From the NCBI RefSeq assembly GCF_000023965.1, contig NC_013202.1, positions 3,060,001 through 3,092,000 of the forward strand: 32,000 nt of DNA. Direction: 5' to 3'. Numbering within the stretch: position 1 is the stretch's first letter; every line of letters starts with the position of its first letter. Positions 26,099-32,000 of the stretch are shown here, in pieces. Both the position numbers and the translations under genes were made by a program. Below the pieces are notes generated by a model, which saw only the letters and a list, made by a program, of their open reading frames with translations, had not been told where the DNA came from and made no database searches. Origin of the DNA: Halomicrobium mukohataei DSM 12286. Lineage in GTDB: Archaea; Halobacteriota; Halobacteria; Halobacteriales; Haloarculaceae.

Positions 26099-26225
26099 TA
26101 TGATCTTCTGAGGAAGTTAAGCATGTGGTAACAAAGTGGCTCGTCGCGCGGCGATACCGCAACGAGCCGTTGGCCGCATAGGGGTACAGGGTCGTCGACC
26201 GAGAGACCGAGCTCTCGTTCGGAAG

Positions 26226-27038
26226 TTAGTCGATGAGCGTCTCGATCGTCAGCCGGTCGTAGCCCAGCCCCTCGTGGACCGCGAGCTCCAGGGCGTTGAC
26301 GAGGTAGTGGGCGACGACGACCACGAGCAGGCTGTCGGTGAGGACGAACCCGGCCGCCAGCGCCAGACCGAGCCCGCCGGTGACGAGCATGCCGACGCGC
26401 CCCTGCGCGCCGTGGGCGGCACCGAAGACGACCGACGAGACGACCGCGAGCAGCCACGGCGAGACGGAGAATCCGGCCGCCATCGCGCCGATGGCAGCGC
26501 CACGGAAGACGACCTCCTCGACGACGGCGACGGTCGGCAGCGCGACGCCGAGCAACAGCACCCACCCACCCAGTGAGTCGGGGGCGAGCAGTTCGCGGAC
26601 GGCCTCGTCGTAGCCCGCACCGGTGGCGTCGGCGACTGCACCCGCGGCTTCGTTGGCCAGCCAGAGGGCGACGCCGAAGCCGATCCCGACGGCGACGCCG
26701 GGGAGCCCACGGGCGAGCGCGGTCTCGGGGATCCCGAGCGCCCACGGCGGGATCGAGAAGTACACCGCGGCCCCGACGACGACCGCGCCGAACAGCCCCT
26801 GGGTCACGACGACGTTGGCGAGCAAGGCACCGGGCGACAGCCGCGCCCGCGGGTCCGCTACCGGCCGCTCGAAGCGCGGCACGACCGGGTCGGTCGGTCG
26901 CGGATCGCGTGGCGAGGGCTCCCTGAACCGGACTGGGTCGTCGTCGCCGCTCAGGGCAGACTGGGACGCTCTCGCGAGTGCGAGAAGCAAGAACAGAGAG
27001 AGGGCGAGCAGGCCGGCGAAGGCGGCCCACCGCGCCAC
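26226..27038 (-). CDS. abi: CPBP family intramembrane protease (Abi), second gene of the lonB operon
   Basis: EEVVFRGAAIG and FGAAHG motifs in a multi-TM protein. The GTG start is only 4 nt after the lonB stop. A lonB-abi arrangement is established for Haloferax volcanii. Confidence 0.8.
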   Translation of the reverse strand: MARWAAFAGLLALSLFLLLALARASQSALSGDDDPVRFREPSPRDPRPTDPVVPRFERPVADPRARLSPGALLANVVVTQGLFGAVVVGAAVYFSIPPWALGIPETALARGLPGVAVGIGFGVALWLANEAAGAVADATGAGYDEAVRELLAPDSLGGWVLLLGVALPTVAVVEEVVFRGAAIGAMAAGFSVSPWLLAVVSSVVFGAAHGAQGRVGMLVTGGLGLALAAGFVLTDSLLVVVVAHYLVNALELAVHEGLGYDRLTIETLID

Positions 27039-27042
27039 GGTT

Positions 27043-29124
27043 CTACTGCGGGCTGGGTGAGCCGCTCTGCTGGCCCACTTCGCGTTCGAGCGCTTTGCCG
27101 GTGATGGACTTGAGCCGGTCGACCAGCGAGTCCTTCTCGGGCTCGCCGGCCAGGGCCACTTCCAGCACCTCGGAGATGTGCGAGACCGGGACGATCTCGA
27201 TCATCTCCTCGTACTCCTCTTCGATCATCACGTCCTGGGTGTTTGCCTCGGGGATGATGACCGTATCGAGCCCGGACTTGGCCGCGGCCTCGATCTTGTG
27301 GGTCACGCCGCCGACGGGCAACACGTCGCCCCGCACCGACAGCGAGCCGGTCATCGCGAGGTTCTGCTCGATCGGAACGTTCTCCAGCGCGGAGATGACC
27401 GCCGTCGCGACCGTGATCGAGGCGGAGTCGCCGTCGACACCGCCCTCGCCGGCCTGAACGAACTGGATGTGAACGTCCTTCTCGGAGATGTCCTCGTCCG
27501 AGAACTTCTTGATGATCGCCGAGACGTTCTGGACTGCCTCCTCGGCCATCTCCTTGAGCTGGCCGGTGGCGATCACCTGACCGGGACCCTGCGAGGGCGT
27601 GACCTCCGCCATGACCGGGAGGACGATCCCGCTGTCCTCGCCCATCACGGCCAGACCGTTGACGCGGCCGACCACGTCGCCCTCGTTGACGGTCAGTTCG
27701 TAGTCCTTGCGGCGTTCGATGTAGTCGTCTGCGAGCTGTTGCTCGATGGAGCGACTCCGGCCTTTGGCCTGGAGCACGTCCTCGCGAGTGGTCACGTCCT
27801 GATCCTCCGCGCGGGCGATGTCGCCCGCGACGCGGACCAGTCCGCCCAGTTCGCGCAGTTTCAGGGTCAAGTGCCCTTTGCGGCCCGCGCGGCGGCGGGC
27901 TTCGAGGATGATCTCCTCGACGGCCTCGCGGTCGAAGTGGGGGAGTCGCCCGTCGTTCTCGACTTCCTGTGCGATGAAGCGGGTGAGCTTCCGGCGCATC
28001 TCCGGGGTGTCCTCGATGGTGTCGTCCATGTACACCTCGTAGCCGTACCCCTTGATCCGGGAGCGCAGCGCGGGGTGCATGTTCTCCATGGCGTCGAGGT
28101 TCCCCGCCGCGATCATGATGAAATCACAGGGGACGGGCTCGGTCTGGACCATCGCGCCCGAGGAGCGCTCGGACTGGCCAGTGATGGAGAACTCGCCCTC
28201 CTGGATCGCGGTCATGAGTTTCTGCTGGCTGCGGATGTCCAGCGTGTTGATCTCGTCGACGAACAGGACGCCCTTGTTGGCCTTGTGGATCGCGCCGGCC
28301 TCGACGCGGTCGTGGCTGGGCGTCTCCATCCCACCGGACTGGAACGGGTCGTGGCGAACGTCGCCCAGCAGCGCACCGGCGTGGGCACCGGTCGCGTCCT
28401 CGAAGGGCGCGGTGGTCTGGTTCGCGCGGTTGACCAGCAGGTTCGGGATCATCGAGTCGTTGCCACGCGAGCCATAGCGGAAGGCCAGGTAGATGACACC
28501 GGCCGCGAGGATCCCCAGCAGGACCGACCCCTGGATGATCAGCGCGTAACCGATGATGATGGCGATGATGATCCACATCAGGAAGGTCCGCATCTGGTTT
28601 CGCTTGCGGGCCTCCTCCTTGTGGGCGTCGACGATCTGTTCGCCCTTCCCGGCGGGGACGGTTCGAACCTTCGGCTCGTTTCCGTCGTCCGGGTTGTGGT
28701 AGACCAGAACGTCCTGTAGTTCCTCTTTCGGGAGCAGTTGGCTCATCGCTTTGGCCAGCATCGACTTGCCCGTCCCGGGCGAGCCGATCATCATCACGTG
28801 ACGGCGCTGTTTGGCTGCCTTTTTGATGACGTCACGGGCGTGGTCCTGCCCGATGACCTGATCGACGAGTCGGTCGGGGACTTCGATGTCGCTGGTCGAC
28901 TCGATGCCGAGCCCACCGAGGAGCCCGTCTTCGTCGTCGAGGGACGCGCCGCTCTCGACTTCGACCTCACTGCCGAGGTCGTCGAGGCCGCCACCTTCGG
29001 CCCCGCCACTCTCCACAGTGTCACCAGCGTCGTCGGCCGCGCTGTGGTCGTCGTCTTCGGGCGGCGTCCCGGTCACCTCCCGCTCGTCGTCGGGAGTGTC
29101 GTCGATCTCGGTATTGTCGCTCAT
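27043..29124 (-). CDS. lonB: archaeal membrane-bound Lon protease
   Basis: Walker A GSPGTGKSMLAKA. A TM insertion (FLMWIIIAIIIGYALIIQGSVLLGILAAGVIYLAF) lies inside the AAA+ module. The protease domain has MTGSLSVRGDVLPVGG (catalytic Ser) and KIEAAAKSG (Lys). Start taken at ATG 29122-29124 (MSDNTEIDD). Confidence 0.95.
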   Translation of the reverse strand: MSDNTEIDDTPDDEREVTGTPPEDDDHSAADDAGDTVESGGAEGGGLDDLGSEVEVESGASLDDEDGLLGGLGIESTSDIEVPDRLVDQVIGQDHARDVIKKAAKQRRHVMMIGSPGTGKSMLAKAMSQLLPKEELQDVLVYHNPDDGNEPKVRTVPAGKGEQIVDAHKEEARKRNQMRTFLMWIIIAIIIGYALIIQGSVLLGILAAGVIYLAFRYGSRGNDSMIPNLLVNRANQTTAPFEDATGAHAGALLGDVRHDPFQSGGMETPSHDRVEAGAIHKANKGVLFVDEINTLDIRSQQKLMTAIQEGEFSITGQSERSSGAMVQTEPVPCDFIMIAAGNLDAMENMHPALRSRIKGYGYEVYMDDTIEDTPEMRRKLTRFIAQEVENDGRLPHFDREAVEEIILEARRRAGRKGHLTLKLRELGGLVRVAGDIARAEDQDVTTREDVLQAKGRSRSIEQQLADDYIERRKDYELTVNEGDVVGRVNGLAVMGEDSGIVLPVMAEVTPSQGPGQVIATGQLKEMAEEAVQNVSAIIKKFSDEDISEKDVHIQFVQAGEGGVDGDSASITVATAVISALENVPIEQNLAMTGSLSVRGDVLPVGGVTHKIEAAAKSGLDTVIIPEANTQDVMIEEEYEEMIEIVPVSHISEVLEVALAGEPEKDSLVDRLKSITGKALEREVGQQSGSPSPQ

Positions 29125-29282
29125 ACAAACGTTGCTAACACCAGATTGGAGGGACTGTCCACTGATATACTTTCTCCCCGCGACCGTGCTTGCCACACGA
29201 GTGGAACCGCAAGAGGGGAGCCGATTGTAGAGGAGAGAGACCACTCGTCGGGTTTATCATTTCCGACACCCAGAGATGGGGT

Positions 29283-29831
29283 ATGCGGGGTTTCTATATC
29301 GGTCGATTCCAGCCGTACCACAACGGCCACCACACGGTCGTCGAGGAGATCGCGACCGAGGTCGACGAACTCGTCCTGGGGATCGGAAGCGCGGGCGACT
29401 CGCATACGGACCACGATCCGTTCACTGCCGGCGAACGGATCATGATGATCACGCGCGCGGTCCGCGAGTTCGAGCGTGCGAACGATCTGGTCACGTACGT
29501 GGTCCCCATCGAGGACCTGAACCGCAACTCGGTGTGGGTGAGCCACGTCCAGAGCATGTCGCCGACATTCGACGTGGCCTACTCCAACAACCCGCTGGTG
29601 ATCCAGCTGTTCGAGGAGGCGGGCATCGAGGTCCGACAGTCGAAGATGTTCGACCGAGAACGGCTGGAAGGCAGCGACATCCGGGAGGCGATGATCGAGG
29701 GGGACGCGTGGCGCGAACGCGTGCCCGACGCCGTCGTCGAGACGATCGAAGAGGTACACGGCGTCCAGCGGATCCGGACCGTCGCCAAAGACGACGTGGT
29801 CGAACGCTGGGAAGTCGGTGACGAGGAGTGA
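29283..29831 (+). CDS. nadM: nicotinamide-nucleotide adenylyltransferase (archaeal type)
   Basis: MRGFYIGRFQPYHNGHH carries the (H/T)xGH nucleotidyltransferase motif of archaeal NMNAT. About 180 aa. ATG at 29283 is internal to the track ORF. Confidence 0.85.
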   Translation: MRGFYIGRFQPYHNGHHTVVEEIATEVDELVLGIGSAGDSHTDHDPFTAGERIMMITRAVREFERANDLVTYVVPIEDLNRNSVWVSHVQSMSPTFDVAYSNNPLVIQLFEEAGIEVRQSKMFDRERLEGSDIREAMIEGDAWRERVPDAVVETIEEVHGVQRIRTVAKDDVVERWEVGDEE

Positions 29832-30595
29832 TGATCACCCTCAGTAGCGACTTCGGTTCGCCGTACCCCGCGGCGATGAAGGGCGTCATCCTCCGGGACA
29901 GCGACGCGCGCATCGTCGACGTGAGCCACGAGTTCCCGCGACAGGACGTGCCCGGCGCGGCGTTCTGGCTCCGAGAGGTGCTGCCGTACTTCCCGCCGGC
30001 AGTCCACTGTGTCGTGGTCGATCCCGGCGTCGGGACCGACCGGGCCGCGATCGTCGTTCGAGTCGGCGACCACGCGATCGTCGCGCCGGACAACGGCGTC
30101 GCGCTCCCGGCCGCCAGGGCGATCGCGGACGACGGCGACGTGATCGAGGTCTTCGAGATCGAGACCGACGAGCCGGCGAGCGCGACTTTCCACGGCCGAG
30201 ACGTGTTCGCGCCGATGGCGGCCGCCGTCCACGAGATCGGCGTCGACTCCCTCCACGAGGTCGCGGATCTCGTCCGGGCCGACGGCTACGAAGAGCTCGC
30301 CTTCCCGGAGCCGACCGTGAGTCAGACCGGAGCCAGCGGCGCGGTGCTCGTCGTCGACGGTTTCGGGAACGCGATCACGAACGTGCCGGGCGAGGCGATC
30401 GAGGACCGGTTCGGCCAGCAGGTCCGGATCAACGGTGAGCCCGCACCGGTCAGACGGACGTACGCGACGGTGGACCCGGGCCAGCGACTCGTCACCGTCG
30501 GCAGCCACGGCAACGTCGAGCTCGCGGTGAATCGCGGGCGTGGAGACGAGGCCTTCCGCGTCGGCGCTGGCGATCGGGTGGAGCTGTCGTACTAG
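29831..30595 (+). CDS. SAM hydrolase / SAM-dependent halogenase family protein (DUF62)
   Basis: MITLSSDFGSPYPAAMKGVI is the typical N-terminus of the family, and VVDPGVG and GNAITN motifs are present. The ATG overlaps the nadM stop (TGATG). The GTG at 29828 is an alternative start. Confidence 0.8.
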   Translation: MITLSSDFGSPYPAAMKGVILRDSDARIVDVSHEFPRQDVPGAAFWLREVLPYFPPAVHCVVVDPGVGTDRAAIVVRVGDHAIVAPDNGVALPAARAIADDGDVIEVFEIETDEPASATFHGRDVFAPMAAAVHEIGVDSLHEVADLVRADGYEELAFPEPTVSQTGASGAVLVVDGFGNAITNVPGEAIEDRFGQQVRINGEPAPVRRTYATVDPGQRLVTVGSHGNVELAVNRGRGDEAFRVGAGDRVELSY

Positions 30596-30650
30596 TTTTA
30601 GGCACTCCGAAAAACCGACAGGCTTATTACTTTTAGGCTGTCCTAAACAA
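30596..30650 (+). promoter_or_regulatory. promoter/operator module 1: two 7-4-7 palindromes flanking a TATA-like box
   Basis: TTTTAGGcactCCGAAAA lies at 30596-30613. CTTATTAC lies at 30623-30630. TTTTAGGctgtCCTAAA lies at 30631-30647. An ATG follows at 30651. Confidence 0.4.
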
Positions 30651-30825
30651 ATGCGTGGGTCGCCGACGGTCGTGATCGTTCCCTGGTTCCGGGAACACAC
30701 TCCGTGGAGACCGTCGAGCCCCACCGTCTCAGGTCCCAGTTGCATCGTCGGCCACCGTGGCCATACCCTGGCGGCTGTGGGCATCGCTGCCGCCACCGTC
30801 TGTCCCTCTATCCACCACCCCCAGT

Positions 30826-30883
30826 TTTTAGGCTCGCCGAAAATTCGACGGCCTTATGTACTTTAGGCGTGCCAAAATCACGT
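30826..30883 (+). promoter_or_regulatory. promoter/operator module 2: a duplicate of module 1, upstream of the lipoprotein gene
   Basis: TTTTAGGctcgCCGAAAA lies at 30826-30843. CCTTATGTAC lies at 30851-30860. CTTTAGGcgtgCCAAAA lies at 30861-30877. An ATG follows at 30884. The 35 nt site-to-site spacing matches module 1. Confidence 0.4.
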
Positions 30884-32000
30884 ATGCAACACAGAAGAGA
30901 CGTGCTTGCGAGTCTGGGCATCGCACTGTCGACTGCACTTGCCGGCTGTTCGGAAGACACCGACGGCGAGACCGACGGCGAGAGCAGCGACGAAGCGACC
31001 GAGACGGACCGGACACAGTCGAGTGGCCCCGAACTCGCGGCTTCGGCCCAGCTCAACGTCTACCGCGCCCGGCTCTTCGACGCCGTCGCGCTCGGTCGTG
31101 CCGGCCAGACCGCCGCGGGAGCGTCCGTCGCCCAGTCGATCTTCCAGCGGTTCGAGAACGCGACCGGGGAGTACGGCGCTCACGAGACGCTGGAACGGAC
31201 CAGCGAGTCGGCCTACGAGGGATTCGAGAGCGCGCTCGGGGAACTCCGGTCGACGCTCGAAGACGGCGACACCGACGCCGCCGCCGAGGCGGCGACGACG
31301 GCCAGCGACCAGCTCCAGATCGCCCAGCAGGCCCTGATCGGCAACGACGCCACGCGCGCACTCGACGCGCTCCTCCTCGGGAGCCGCGCCGCCAACACCC
31401 GCGTACTGGGCGAGGCTGGTCACTTCGAGGCGGCGGCGACCGTGGCCACCGAAACGACCGAGCGGTTCGAAGACACGCTCGTCCACGGCGCACTCGAAAG
31501 CGCCGACGGGGACGCCTACGAGGACTTCGAGTCCGGACTGGCGTCGATCCAGCGCGCCGCCAGCGAGGGGGACGCCGAGGGCGTGACCGACGCCGTCGCC
31601 GCGGCCCAGTCGGCGGCGGTGGCGGGTGCCTACGCGCTGGGAACCGAGTCGGTCGCCGGGACCGGTCACCTCGCAGCGATGCAGTCAGTGGGGTACGACG
31701 CCGCGGCACTCGCCGGTCTCGGCGGCCCGAGTGAGGCCCTCGCGCACGCGACGACGCTGACCACCTACCGGGCGCGGATCCGGGACGCGGCGTGGCTGGC
31801 CGACGCCGACGAGGGATCGACGGCGGGCACGGTCGTCGGGAACGTCTTCGCGGACTTCGAGGGTGCGCGTGCCCACGAAGCGCTGGAAGAAGCCGACCAC
31901 GAGGCCTACGAGGGGTTCGAGAGCGGCCTGGAGTCGCTCCAGTCGGCCGTCGAGAGCGGCGAAGGCGTCGACGACGCCCTCGCCACGGTGGACGAACACC
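30884..32000 (+). CDS. Tat-lipoprotein with internal ~95-100 aa helical repeats, 3' end beyond the window
   Basis: It is absent from the ORF track because no stop is reached. Hand translation from the ATG at 30884 is open to nt 32000: MQHRRDVLASLGIALSTALAGCSEDTDGETDGESSDE..., which gives a twin-arginine signal plus lipobox. Later blocks AHE.LE...YEGFES.L..L recur. The protein is acidic with GC-rich third positions. Confidence 0.7.
   Translation, partial: MQHRRDVLASLGIALSTALAGCSEDTDGETDGESSDEATETDRTQSSGPELAASAQLNVYRARLFDAVALGRAGQTAAGASVAQSIFQRFENATGEYGAHETLERTSESAYEGFESALGELRSTLEDGDTDAAAEAATTASDQLQIAQQALIGNDATRALDALLLGSRAANTRVLGEAGHFEAAATVATETTERFEDTLVHGALESADGDAYEDFESGLASIQRAASEGDAEGVTDAVAAAQSAAVAGAYALGTESVAGTGHLAAMQSVGYDAAALAGLGGPSEALAHATTLTTYRARIRDAAWLADADEGSTAGTVVGNVFADFEGARAHEALEEADHEAYEGFESGLESLQSAVESGEGVDDALATVDEH

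Overview
This window is a GC-rich chromosomal segment with an acidic proteome and archaeal marker genes: membrane-bound LonB, NAC, TFS, NreA, archaeal NMN adenylyltransferase and TrmI. I read it as a haloarchaeon (class Halobacteria). Most of it is ordinary housekeeping sequence. From left to right there is a partial PP-loop-like gene, then the dapA-dapB operon on the minus strand. A deacetylase / FemAB-like / GH3 trio follows. After it comes a four-gene BMP-type ABC uptake operon and a NYN-domain gene. Next are PUA-NAC-TrmI, a CPBP protease, TFS and NreA. The lonB-abi operon, nadM plus a DUF62 SAM hydrolase, and a partial repeat-containing Tat lipoprotein close the window. I saw no rRNA, tRNA or CRISPR array. 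Four things do not fit the housekeeping picture. (1) Two oppositely oriented copies of a 310-360 bp nested-palindrome element sit at 15344-15705 and 19371-19682. Their stems are conserved, three base pairs show compensatory changes, and each copy is flanked by short direct repeats. (2) Two strongly AT-rich islands (about 12960-14964 and 24920-26130) each carry a divergent pair made of a Tat-signal secreted protein and a small multi-TM protein. (3) The second island is bracketed by a ~250 bp direct duplication of the 3' end of the abi (CPBP) gene of the lonB-abi operon, which resembles an attL/attR scar. (4) A promoter plus palindromic-operator module is tandemly duplicated upstream of the lipoprotein gene. 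Smaller items are a 127 bp MITE with a perfect 8 bp target-site duplication, a frameshifted secreted-protein gene, and a tandem pair of small TM/coiled-coil paralogs downstream of nreA. All functional calls rest on motif recognition by eye. No searches were run.
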